Assembly: GCA_902787975.1 (NCBI GenBank)
Contig: CADAIP010000006.1
Location: forward strand, 11,193 to 75,192
Origin: Oscillospiraceae bacterium
GTDB taxonomy: Bacteria; Bacillota; Clostridia; Saccharofermentanales; Saccharofermentanaceae
Reading direction: 5' to 3'
DNA length: 64,000 bases
Part shown: piece by piece, positions 19,686 to 29,110 of the stretch
How the letters are laid out: each line of letters begins with the position of its first letter
Position numbering within the stretch: position 1 is the first letter of the stretch
Translations under genes and position numbers: made by a program
Notes under the pieces: generated by a model
Told to the model about the DNA's origin: nothing
What the model saw: the letters and a program-made list of their open reading frames with translations, nothing else
Databases searched by the model: none

Positions 19686-20732
19686 ATGAGTAATGATAAG
19701 TGGTTTTGTACCGAATGCGGAACTCAAAATAGCGGTAATTTCTGTTCCGAATGCGGAGCGCAAAGAAAGACAGATGAGCCGGTTACGTGTACATGCGGTT
19801 TTGTATATACCGGTAATTTCTGCACCAATTGCGGCGCGCCCCGTCCTCAGCTCCGTTCATCGGTTAACGGGAATACATGGCCTCTAACTGATATAGAGAA
19901 GACGGCTTTGGTCGAGCACGGCTGGCGCGATAACGCCGGCAAGTTCAAAGCCGTTTTAAAAGACGGGAACTGTACTTCAAGCTATACTGTCTCTATTTCA
20001 GATGGAGAAGAAGATACACTCCAAATAGATACTGAATATAAGTTTTCTCTTCAGGAATTGGGCATGGTGAGTATGGCTTATTCGATTCAGAAACTCGAAC
20101 ATCCTGATGAGGATTTCATCATTTATCCCAGAGATGTTTTTTATCAAAGTGAAGGCAGAGGCTTATATCAGATAACAAAACTCTGGTATGGTTCTGACAC
20201 GCTTCATGCAGATCTGAAGAAGTGCAGAAGTTACGATCATTTTACTTTGGATCTTGTGCTTGACGATAATGTGACCATCGCATCTGATACTGCACCGGCT
20301 ATAGGCTGGACCTGTTCCAGGTGCGGCAAAGAGAACCAGACTGGTGAATTCTGTGACGAATGCGGTGAGAAGATAGAGAAGGTTGAACTCTTTTCGTGTT
20401 CTTCTTATCAAACATGTAATCCACCCAAATATGAAAGCGCGACTGTATATGAGTATTCCGATACTGAACTCATTTGCGTTATCTTCAATGACGGAAAATC
20501 AAAGTACAAGCTGCTCCCCAAAGACATAGCCGGTACTGCCCTTAACATCATCAAAGAATATGGTATCGATAAGTGGAAGGACTATGAGAACATTAATAAT
20601 CCCATGATGGGCGGAAGCGTGTCTGTTATGTACAGAGACGGAGATAAGATGGTCGGTTCCACAATGGACCACATGGGTTCTGCCGTATCCGGCGCGTGTT
20701 GGAAACTGATGTTGCTGTTTAACGGAAATTGA
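19686..20732 (+). CDS. Multi zinc-ribbon protein
   Basis: WFCTECG..FCSECG, TCTCG..FCTNCG and WTCSRCG..FCDECG ribbon pairs. Confidence 0.75.
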   Translation: MSNDKWFCTECGTQNSGNFCSECGAQRKTDEPVTCTCGFVYTGNFCTNCGAPRPQLRSSVNGNTWPLTDIEKTALVEHGWRDNAGKFKAVLKDGNCTSSYTVSISDGEEDTLQIDTEYKFSLQELGMVSMAYSIQKLEHPDEDFIIYPRDVFYQSEGRGLYQITKLWYGSDTLHADLKKCRSYDHFTLDLVLDDNVTIASDTAPAIGWTCSRCGKENQTGEFCDECGEKIEKVELFSCSSYQTCNPPKYESATVYEYSDTELICVIFNDGKSKYKLLPKDIAGTALNIIKEYGIDKWKDYENINNPMMGGSVSVMYRDGDKMVGSTMDHMGSAVSGACWKLMLLFNGN

Positions 20733-20738
20733 TCTCCG

Positions 20739-22469
20739 TTAATCTTCTTCTGCCATATCGATTACCCTGAGCAGAGTCTGATCCCACTGCTGACGGACTG
20801 CATATGAGTTGGGGTTGGTTCCGCTATTGAAGATATCATTTCTGGCATAGTATTCATCCAATGTGTATGGGATGTAGATATCGGGTTCCGTTCCGTAGTA
20901 TGAGTCTTCAGGATAATTAATGTTTACCGTTGGAGCATAAGCGAACATGAAGTGTGATTCCGGAAGATAGCACTGCATTATACTGCCGCATATTCCCTCA
21001 CCGGAGGTGTTGGTTCCTACGACAACACAGTTATCGTATTCTTTGCAGATACGGGTCATGACATCGGCAGCTGAGAAGGTGTTGTACGATGTCAGAAGGT
21101 ATATTTTATAGTCCTTGGTTGCTTTTCCCTGAACAGTGAAAGTCTCTGTATAGGAGTAGTTTTTGCCTATGGTGGAGAAATCAGAAAGATTGTCGAAGGT
21201 GGTTTCAAGGAAACGGTAGATTGCACTTCCGTAGAATTTCCTTGTGTGGCTGTTCTTTCCCCCGTAAACGTGGCTTTCAAAGGTGACGTCGTGGGAGAAG
21301 ATCACGGGAAGGAGCTGCTTGGTGACAAAATCAATGCTTCCGCCACCGTTCGCACGGATGTCCAGGATTATGGTGTCAGCATCCGCTTCTTCCAAAGCAT
21401 TAGTAAGTTCGACCGCAAGTCTTTCTCCTTCATAGGTGTTGCAGCTTACTGAATTTACATAGACGAGCTTTTTGTCGGGATTTGTTGAGATCCTGTATGT
21501 TGAAGGAATATAGTCAGGAGACATAACGTCAGTGACGGTTGTATCGCTTCCAGAACTTGTATCTGCCGCAGCTTCCTGATCTGCAAAAAACTCAGGATAC
21601 ACTTTTCGGGATAATAATGCTGCGTAATCGAATCCGGGATCATCATAAAGATCGATCGTTAAAGTGGTTCCGTCTCTAAGGAGAAGTTCTCCTGTATGCT
21701 TTTCGCCGATGCCGTCATTGTAGATGAGGTAACTGCGGAAGAAGCAGTCATTGATTCCGTCGTATTTTGGCGTGTAGCAATCGTATACGTCAAAGCAGAT
21801 GTCTTTCGGATCTCTTCCGTCAATGGAGACAAGTGCGGCGCCGATATAGTCTTCGTTGTATTTTGGAAGAATATTGTCCGTAGCTGTTACGACATAAGAA
21901 CCGTTGACATAAGTGAACCCGACCAGGTTGTATCCGAGGCGGTCTTCCACATCATCACGGAATGATTCTTTCCAGGAGTAAGTGTAGTCCTTGAACTCCT
22001 GCGTGCCGTATATTTCATTCAGCATGTATTCTGCATGGGCCGCATTGATTTCGTAATCGGGAAGGCCCATGATGTTATGACATCCCGGAAGGACTGCAAG
22101 AAAAGCGCCGAGATAAGAGAAGTATTCGTAGTCGGTATCGGCATTGACTGCCAGATCACGATATCTGTTGTAGATGTCATCATAAGAGATGCCGTATGCC
22201 TGCTCGATGCGTTCTTTCTCCGGATTTTCAAGGCAGACGATGTCGTACATGTAATCAAAGTCTTTGAGCCTCTGTTGTTCCGTCATCTCAACATTGATAA
22301 GGTTCGCACCTGTATCTTCAGTCAGGAAGTCGGTTTTGTTGCTCATTATTATGAAAGGCAGAACGATGATGAAGAACGCCGACAGCAATAAGGCTGTGAT
22401 AACCGCTACTATGCTGAGTATTACGATCTTTGCCTTTTTGGACTTCGGCTTCTTTTCTTTCTTACCCAT
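20739..22469 (-). CDS. S41 family peptidase, membrane-anchored
   Basis: N-terminal TM; 'IILDIRANGGGS', 'TFSAAD', 'VVGTNTSG'. Confidence 0.8.
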   Translation of the reverse strand: MGKKEKKPKSKKAKIVILSIVAVITALLLSAFFIIVLPFIIMSNKTDFLTEDTGANLINVEMTEQQRLKDFDYMYDIVCLENPEKERIEQAYGISYDDIYNRYRDLAVNADTDYEYFSYLGAFLAVLPGCHNIMGLPDYEINAAHAEYMLNEIYGTQEFKDYTYSWKESFRDDVEDRLGYNLVGFTYVNGSYVVTATDNILPKYNEDYIGAALVSIDGRDPKDICFDVYDCYTPKYDGINDCFFRSYLIYNDGIGEKHTGELLLRDGTTLTIDLYDDPGFDYAALLSRKVYPEFFADQEAAADTSSGSDTTVTDVMSPDYIPSTYRISTNPDKKLVYVNSVSCNTYEGERLAVELTNALEEADADTIILDIRANGGGSIDFVTKQLLPVIFSHDVTFESHVYGGKNSHTRKFYGSAIYRFLETTFDNLSDFSTIGKNYSYTETFTVQGKATKDYKIYLLTSYNTFSAADVMTRICKEYDNCVVVGTNTSGEGICGSIMQCYLPESHFMFAYAPTVNINYPEDSYYGTEPDIYIPYTLDEYYARNDIFNSGTNPNSYAVRQQWDQTLLRVIDMAEED

Positions 22470-22671
22470 ATCGAAAAACCTTCCTTACGCATCAAAATTC
22501 ACGTGTAATTATATCATCTATAAATGCTCTTACCCCTCCTTCTCGAAAATCAGGCATCGAAAACTGCGGCGCCGGAGGATAAACATACCATGATAAGAAT
22601 GGAATATATGTTTAATGCTATAATGATTTTATTGTGGTTAAAGTTAAGAAAAACAAAAAGAGGATTCACTT

Positions 22672-23673
22672 ATGTACCTTTATATCGCATACAGAAATCT
22701 TAAAGATCACTACGCGCAGAATAACGCGTGCGGCGGCCCGTCTTGCAATAACGATTATAGATTTACCGCTATATGTGACGGGGTTTACTATCTGCTCACA
22801 AAGGGCAACATGAACTATGCTGTCTCAAAAGAAAACGGTGATAAGTTCATAGAAGAAGTTAAGAGTAAATGCAACGGTGAGCATTTCGGATTCTTTCCTT
22901 TGGTTCCGTCTCTTAACGGAAAAGAAACCGCAGCCGTTGTTGAGATGTCGCAGGACAGAAACCATTTCTATTATGATATGGATGATGATCTTCTGCTTCA
23001 GATGTTAGATGACCTCAAGGCGAAGTCCGGCGAACCATTAAATGAGCGCGAATTAATGAATTACTGCTATCCTAATCCGGCTCTTCCGGAGGGGGATTTT
23101 GAACTATGTGAGATCTATCACGGCATTTATTTTAAGCCTGATAACACCCCGGTATCCGTTATCAGGTCATTCGATCCGGATAAGAAGATAAGCTGCCTTA
23201 ATGTGAACAGAAACGGATCATCCATTCAGATTAGAACGGGTGATAATAATGTCATAAGCAAGGTGCCAGAAGATCTTATTTCATGGATAAAAGAGAAGGT
23301 CAGGGAGCTTTGCAGCGAGCCTGCAGAGGCATATGTTGAGCCCGGCAACTGGGAAGGCTATGTCAGATTCGGCAAAAAGAAAGACAGGATATTTACGGAT
23401 CCGGATAAGACGCTGGGACTACTGAACGAGATCGCATCGAAAAGTGAATATGAGAAAACAGAAGTAGCAGTCAATACTAATATGCAGGCCATAAATAATT
23501 TCACGATGGGTGCTTTTTCAGGATTAAACATGATGGGCGGAATGGCCGTTAATCCTTCAGCCACATCTGAACAACCGGCTGAACCTGCTTCAGGTGGAGC
23601 CAAATGTTCATATTGCGGCGCTGATGTAACAGGCAAAAAGTTCTGCACGGAATGCGGCGAAAAGGTCGGATAA
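22672..23673 (+). CDS. Hypothetical protein with a C-terminal double zinc ribbon
   Basis: 'KCSYCGADVTGKKFCTECGEK' after a Met/Gly/Pro linker. Confidence 0.7.
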   Translation: MYLYIAYRNLKDHYAQNNACGGPSCNNDYRFTAICDGVYYLLTKGNMNYAVSKENGDKFIEEVKSKCNGEHFGFFPLVPSLNGKETAAVVEMSQDRNHFYYDMDDDLLLQMLDDLKAKSGEPLNERELMNYCYPNPALPEGDFELCEIYHGIYFKPDNTPVSVIRSFDPDKKISCLNVNRNGSSIQIRTGDNNVISKVPEDLISWIKEKVRELCSEPAEAYVEPGNWEGYVRFGKKKDRIFTDPDKTLGLLNEIASKSEYEKTEVAVNTNMQAINNFTMGAFSGLNMMGGMAVNPSATSEQPAEPASGGAKCSYCGADVTGKKFCTECGEKVG

Positions 23674-23709
23674 AACAGCCTTAAGCGCATTCGTATTAAG
23701 TCTGTAAAT

Positions 23710-24357
23710 TTAAGAAGCCAAAACTGTATTTAATACGAAGTCTTTTAAGTCATCAGAGTGCTTAATGACATAGTCTTTGAGGGTGCCGGAGTCGAAACCT
23801 GTCTTGACGGGTTCGGGAGTGATAACAGTGTCATCTTCATCTGACACAATTACAGGCCATTCGCCGATTATCTCGAGTTCTGCCATGATGAGCACATTGT
23901 CTTCGAGATATACCATAGAGTAGATCGATGCATCACAAACGTCAGGTTCCCATCCGGCGAACCAGTTCTCGCCTTCTTCCTCAACGCCTCTGTAGTTCTG
24001 ATAATGCTCGTGCATATTATTGAATGCTTTTTTAGACTGCGAAGATGAATTGAAAACCATGAAACTGAGATGTTCGCGGGCAGTGCTCTTTTCACCGGAG
24101 TACCATACGTAGAGATTATCCGGACCGTTGTAGTTATTTTTTCTGACATTCCAGTTTTTATAGACTTTGTATGCGGTCTCGCCGTAATCCAAGTCATATT
24201 CGGATACATATTTTTTCTCAAACAAATGGGGTGGATTTGCGTTTCCGTTTGCATAGACAAGGGGAAGATAAACAGCTGCACCCAATACCAAAACTAAAGC
24301 TGCTGAACATATGGCGATTATCACTCCAACCTTTTTCTTCTTTTTCTGCTGTTCCAT
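23710..24357 (-). CDS. Hypothetical membrane-anchored protein
   Basis: Lys-rich N-terminus, then one TM helix; GGAGGG RBS. Confidence 0.65.
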   Translation of the reverse strand: MEQQKKKKKVGVIIAICSAALVLVLGAAVYLPLVYANGNANPPHLFEKKYVSEYDLDYGETAYKVYKNWNVRKNNYNGPDNLYVWYSGEKSTAREHLSFMVFNSSSQSKKAFNNMHEHYQNYRGVEEEGENWFAGWEPDVCDASIYSMVYLEDNVLIMAELEIIGEWPVIVSDEDDTVITPEPVKTGFDSGTLKDYVIKHSDDLKDFVLNTVLAS

Positions 24358-24582
24358 ACTTTTCCCTCCCGTATTTTGTCCTTTGATTTAAATACATTTT
24401 GGTAAGCTGATTTGTTGCAGAACACCTGATATCTGATTATGGAGGTCTAACGTTTGCAGTTTATCAGGGATATTGTCAGACTTTGTCTGCTTGTTGATTT
24501 TGTCCTGCGTGATATTCTAAAAACAAGCAGGTTGACAAGTAGGATTTAAGAATAACCGTTCAAATCTTGTGGGGATAAGATC

Positions 24583-25488
24583 ATGGCGATATCTGAAAGT
24601 GTATCTCTGAGAAAAGTACGGCGAAGAAAAAAGATGTCTGCAAAAGACGTTGTCTTTTACACGATCCTTTATGCTTTCTTCCTGCTGTTTGTTGTGGTAA
24701 CCGTATATCCTTTGATAAGAATACTCTTATATTCATTAACTAATTCTTATGATATGCCGTATGTTGTTTTTTTTCACTTACCGCGTGAGTTGACATTTAT
24801 AAACTATGGATTATTTTTCGATAATGATGCATTTCGTCATGGCCTGGTTATCTCTGTCTTAAGAGTGCTGATAGGAACTTTTGCAGGCACGATGTGCAGT
24901 TCTTTGCTTGCGTTTATTCTCAGCCGTAAGAAGTTCATATTCAAAAAGGGCCTTGCTGTTTTCTGGACCATTACGATGTATGCCCAGGCAGGTCTTGTTA
25001 CGACCATGTTGCTTTATAAAAAGCTCTATTTGCACCATACGTTCTGGGTTTATATCATCCCCTGCATGGTGAGCATACTGAACGTAATGGTCATTAGAAC
25101 TTACATGAAAAGCATTCCTGATTCATTTGAGGAATCGGCACAGCTTGACGGTGCAGGTTATATGAAGATATTCACGAGCATTGTCATGCCATTATGCAAA
25201 CCTGTTTATGCCGCAACAGCTCTTTTCTTGGCCGCATATCAGTGGAATGCCTGGTTTGACAATTTAATATATAACCATTTTGACGACCAGTACGCGACCT
25301 TAATGTATGAACTTATGAAGAGAATTAATGATTTCCCTTACCCCAGTAACAACGCCGGTTGTTTTCCGTCTTATCCTACCGTCACGGCTGCAGGAATTAT
25401 CGTTGCTGCCATTCCATTGATCATAATATATCCGTTCTTCCAGAAATGGTTTGTAACAGGACTTACGGTAGGGGGCATTAAGGAATGA
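24583..25488 (+). CDS. Carbohydrate ABC transporter permease (orphan)
   Basis: EAA loop 'FEESAQLDGAGYMKIF', 'QWNAWFD', 'YPFFQKWFVTGLTVGGIKE'. Confidence 0.88.
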   Translation: MAISESVSLRKVRRRKKMSAKDVVFYTILYAFFLLFVVVTVYPLIRILLYSLTNSYDMPYVVFFHLPRELTFINYGLFFDNDAFRHGLVISVLRVLIGTFAGTMCSSLLAFILSRKKFIFKKGLAVFWTITMYAQAGLVTTMLLYKKLYLHHTFWVYIIPCMVSILNVMVIRTYMKSIPDSFEESAQLDGAGYMKIFTSIVMPLCKPVYAATALFLAAYQWNAWFDNLIYNHFDDQYATLMYELMKRINDFPYPSNNAGCFPSYPTVTAAGIIVAAIPLIIIYPFFQKWFVTGLTVGGIKE

Positions 25489-25582
25489 AAAAGATAATAT
25501 CTGCGCAACCGATGATGATGTTATCTTTGCATCAGGCACCTGACTTGTTGATAAACGCCTGATTGAAGACTAAAATCAGGTT

Positions 25583-26650
25583 ATGAAAGAGTTGATACCT
25601 GATAAAGAGCTGACTTTTGAGTCGCTTCAGAAAGATCCTGAGATCGCCGTCATAAGCGATGAGGTCAGTACGCGTGAAGAACTGCTCGAGACGTTTGCCA
25701 GGTATCTTAAGCTTTCAAGACCGAACAGAAGATATTCTGATTACTATTCCGTAAAGCTGTTCGGATGCAATGTCCCGAACATGTTTTTCAATATGAGTTA
25801 CCGTTTCAAGATTGATCCGCCTTTCCCTGTAAACGAGACATTCCTTGTAACAGAACCTGATCTTTACTACAACAAGCAGGCCTTCGATGAAGGTAAAGTA
25901 AACCTCTGTTTTGTGATCGGCTATTCCGGTTCAGGTAAGTCGCATCTTACAAGAGAATATGAAGGGAATGGAATCGAAAAAGTAGAACTTGATGATCTTG
26001 TATGTGCAAAAGATCACTTCACTTTGAAAGAACTTAAGAAGATGGGTGATCTTCTTTATTCGTTCTTCTCAGGAGAAGGTTCAAAATACTATATCTCGCG
26101 TAATGAACGCCCCGTATTTGCAAACCACGCTGAAGTTTTCGTTGAGTTCATTAAGTACGCACAGGAGTATGCCGAAGAACATAAGGATAAGAAATTCATA
26201 CTTGAAGGCATCTGGACATATCTGTTTTTTGACGATCCTTCCAAGTTCGATAAGTATGCCGTCTTCATGAAGGGCACATCTCTTGTCAAATCAAAATTCA
26301 GAAGGATGTTAAGAGAATCCGAGAACAGTATTTCGACTTCGCTGGACAGGTTTTTCGATTTTGGAATATATGCTGCCGATACCACTTTCCGCGATATCAA
26401 TGTCGATAAGTGGAGACGTCATTTCGAGAAGAAGAAGGCGACAGTGATGAAGCTCGAAGACAACAGATACACGCTTCTGGCACAGAATTTAATGAAGCGT
26501 GTGAATTCCATAAACGACTTCTATGTTCACGGAAACGCCGCTGGAATAAAGAGAATAATGAAGCGTACTTCAGAGAACAAGAGACTTGATAAGACTGAAA
26601 AGACCATCATTGCCGAAGAGTGCAAAAGAGCGCTTGCTGATCTCAAATAA
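25583..26650 (+). CDS. Hypothetical protein with a P-loop (nucleotide kinase-like)
   Basis: 'FVIGYSGSGKSHL', 'VELDD', 'FILEG'. Confidence 0.55.
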   Translation: MKELIPDKELTFESLQKDPEIAVISDEVSTREELLETFARYLKLSRPNRRYSDYYSVKLFGCNVPNMFFNMSYRFKIDPPFPVNETFLVTEPDLYYNKQAFDEGKVNLCFVIGYSGSGKSHLTREYEGNGIEKVELDDLVCAKDHFTLKELKKMGDLLYSFFSGEGSKYYISRNERPVFANHAEVFVEFIKYAQEYAEEHKDKKFILEGIWTYLFFDDPSKFDKYAVFMKGTSLVKSKFRRMLRESENSISTSLDRFFDFGIYAADTTFRDINVDKWRRHFEKKKATVMKLEDNRYTLLAQNLMKRVNSINDFYVHGNAAGIKRIMKRTSENKRLDKTEKTIIAEECKRALADLK

Positions 26651-26777
26651 CAACCGCAACTGAATCAGACATACATATTAAGGATTTGACATAAAGCTTT
26701 TCCGGGGTTTGCTATAATCGTTTTGTGAATGATAGAAACTTCCTTGCAGCATTGTTGCTTCAGGTAAAGGAGGCGCC

Positions 26778-27599
26778 ATGAGACTCGGAACTTCAAGTCC
26801 GCTAATGCACAATTCAGCAGAAGAATGGGCAAAGAATCAGACGGCTTTAGGATGCCGCGCAGTTGTCTTTCCGCTCTCGTCAGATGATCCCGAAGAGAAG
26901 ATAAATGAGTATGTCAATGCAGCAAAAAAGCACAGTCTTCTCATTGCCGAAGTGGGCATCTGGAGAAACGCGATGTCGCAAGATCCCGAAGACAGAAAAG
27001 TGCAAAGGGATTACTGCGTAAACCAGCTTAAACTGGCTGACAGGATAGGCGCACGTTGTGCCGTAAATGTTGCAGGTGCGTTGGGCCCCAGATGGGACGG
27101 ACACTATAAAGAAAACTTCTCCGCAGAAACCAGGAAAGAGATAGTTAAGATGGTTCAGGAGATAATCGACCGCGCAGAGATCACCAACACGTATTTTACG
27201 TTGGAGCCCATGCCCTGGATGATACCGACAGGACCTGAAGATTATGTAAGGCTCATCGAAGAAGTTGACCGTGAGCACTTTGCGGTCCACATGGATATCA
27301 TCAACATGACCAATTCCCTTGAGCGCTACTATGAAGCGGAAGCCTTCATTGACCGCTGTGCCGAGCTTCTGGGGAATAGGATCCGCAGCTGCCATATCAA
27401 GGATGTTCATCTTAAGGAAGAATATACTTTCCAGCTCGAGGAGTGTGCTCCGGGCAAGGGCGAATATCCGCTGCGCTATTACGTCTCTAAAATGAATTCG
27501 CTCGACAAGGACATGCCCATAATCCTGGAGCACCTTAATACCGATGAAGAATACATCACATACATGAATTACCTCAAGGAGGTGCTAAATGGCATATAA
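26778..27599 (+). CDS. Sugar phosphate isomerase/epimerase (xylose isomerase-like TIM barrel)
   Basis: 'TLEPMPW', 'VHMDIIN', 'CHIKD', 'LEH'. Confidence 0.85.
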   Translation: MRLGTSSPLMHNSAEEWAKNQTALGCRAVVFPLSSDDPEEKINEYVNAAKKHSLLIAEVGIWRNAMSQDPEDRKVQRDYCVNQLKLADRIGARCAVNVAGALGPRWDGHYKENFSAETRKEIVKMVQEIIDRAEITNTYFTLEPMPWMIPTGPEDYVRLIEEVDREHFAVHMDIINMTNSLERYYEAEAFIDRCAELLGNRIRSCHIKDVHLKEEYTFQLEECAPGKGEYPLRYYVSKMNSLDKDMPIILEHLNTDEEYITYMNYLKEVLNGI

Positions 27600-28485
27600 C
27601 AGGATTTCCGACGCGAACGAGATCACGGCACGCTACATGGATTCGCTCCTGATAAAAGAGCGTCTCATTGATTCCGTCGTCGCAGATACAAGCATCGAGT
27701 TCTTCGGCGAGACATTTTCGAGTCCTGTAATGACTCCTGCGTTCTCGCATCTAAAAGAGTTCAACGGACGTGAACTGACCGGTCTTGAAGAATACTCCAT
27801 CGCTGCCAAGGACCTCAACATCTTAAACTTCGTCGGCATGATGGAAAACGACATGTTCAAACGCATCGCTGATACGGGCGCGAAAACGGTCCGCATCGTA
27901 AAACCCTATGCTGACAATGAAAAGGTAAGGGATCAGATGAAGTTTGCCGAAGACTGCGGCGCATTCGGTATCGGAATGGATATCGATCACATCTTCGGAA
28001 ATGACGGACTTGATGTCGTCATCGGCGAACAGATGGCAGTGCAGACTTCCGACATGATCAGATCTTATATCGAATCGACAAAGCTGCCGTTCATTATCAA
28101 GGGTGTGCTTAGCGAAGAAGAAGCCGTAAAGTGTGCTGACCTTGGCGCAAAGGCGATAATCGTAAGCCACCATCACGGCAGACTTCCTTATGCCGTTCCG
28201 CCCATGATGGTCCTGCCTTCGATTAAAAAGGCTCTTGAAGGAAGAGACGTTAAGATAATCGTAGACTGCGGTATTGCAAGCGGTTCCGACGTGTATAAGT
28301 GTCTTGCATTGGGTGCGGATGCCGCGGCTGTCGGAAGAGCAATGATTCCTTCACTTGAAGATGGCGGTGTCGAAGGCGTATCGAAGTTTATTAAGGGAGT
28401 TAACGACGAACTGAGATTTGTCATGAGTTGTACAGGATTTTCGCATGTTGCCGATATTGATAACAGGTGTATAGTAAAGGCATAA
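27589..28485 (+). CDS. FMN-dependent alpha-hydroxy-acid oxidase/dehydrogenase family protein
   Basis: 'PFIIKGVLS', 'IIVSHHHGR', 'IIVDCGIASGSDVYKCLALGA'. Confidence 0.85.
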   Translation: MAYNRISDANEITARYMDSLLIKERLIDSVVADTSIEFFGETFSSPVMTPAFSHLKEFNGRELTGLEEYSIAAKDLNILNFVGMMENDMFKRIADTGAKTVRIVKPYADNEKVRDQMKFAEDCGAFGIGMDIDHIFGNDGLDVVIGEQMAVQTSDMIRSYIESTKLPFIIKGVLSEEEAVKCADLGAKAIIVSHHHGRLPYAVPPMMVLPSIKKALEGRDVKIIVDCGIASGSDVYKCLALGADAAAVGRAMIPSLEDGGVEGVSKFIKGVNDELRFVMSCTGFSHVADIDNRCIVKA

Positions 28486-28512
28486 TCTTGAATATTTACG
28501 GGTATTACTGCC

Positions 28513-28965
28513 ATGTCTGAATACAAATACATCACATTAAGAGAGTGTCCTGAGCTTAACGAAGCGGCCGCTGAATGGTTTAACAAGAGCTGGGGAGTTC
28601 CCAAGGAAGCATATCTTGAATGCATAAACGCTTATCTTGACGGTTCGACCGAATACGGCTGGTATATCTGTCTGGATGGAGACAGAATCGTTGCCGGCAT
28701 GGGCGTGATCGATAATGACTTCCATGACAGAAAGGATCTGAATCCGAATGTCTGCGCAGTTTTCACTGAGCCGGAATACCGCTCACAGGGTATAGCCGGA
28801 AACCTTTTGAATCTTGTTGTCGAGGACATGAGATCCAAGGGTGTTACTCCGCTCTATCTCGTAACTGACCATGTGGGCTTCTATGAGCGTTACGGCTGGG
28901 AATTCCACTGCATGGCTCATGGAGACGGCGAGCCCGAACCTACCAGACTTTATATCCACAGATAA
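28513..28965 (+). CDS. GNAT family N-acetyltransferase
   Basis: 'VCAVFTEPEYRSQGIAG', 'GFYERYGW'. Confidence 0.88.
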   Translation: MSEYKYITLRECPELNEAAAEWFNKSWGVPKEAYLECINAYLDGSTEYGWYICLDGDRIVAGMGVIDNDFHDRKDLNPNVCAVFTEPEYRSQGIAGNLLNLVVEDMRSKGVTPLYLVTDHVGFYERYGWEFHCMAHGDGEPEPTRLYIHR

Positions 28966-29110
28966 TCATCTGAACAACTGATTATTAAGCAAAAGAAAAC
29001 AATATTCGAACGAGTCTGTTGCATGCCTGAAAACATTTGATTAACTTGTCAATTATTGTTGTTTTTTGAATTTGCAATGTATTAGTATTACTTGTGTGGA
29101 GAGGTATATT

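Noticed and set aside
24526-24547. TTGACAAGTAGGATT as a fifth sulfur box
   Set aside because: The left arm is missing, the spacing is off by one, and the downstream gene is a sugar permease
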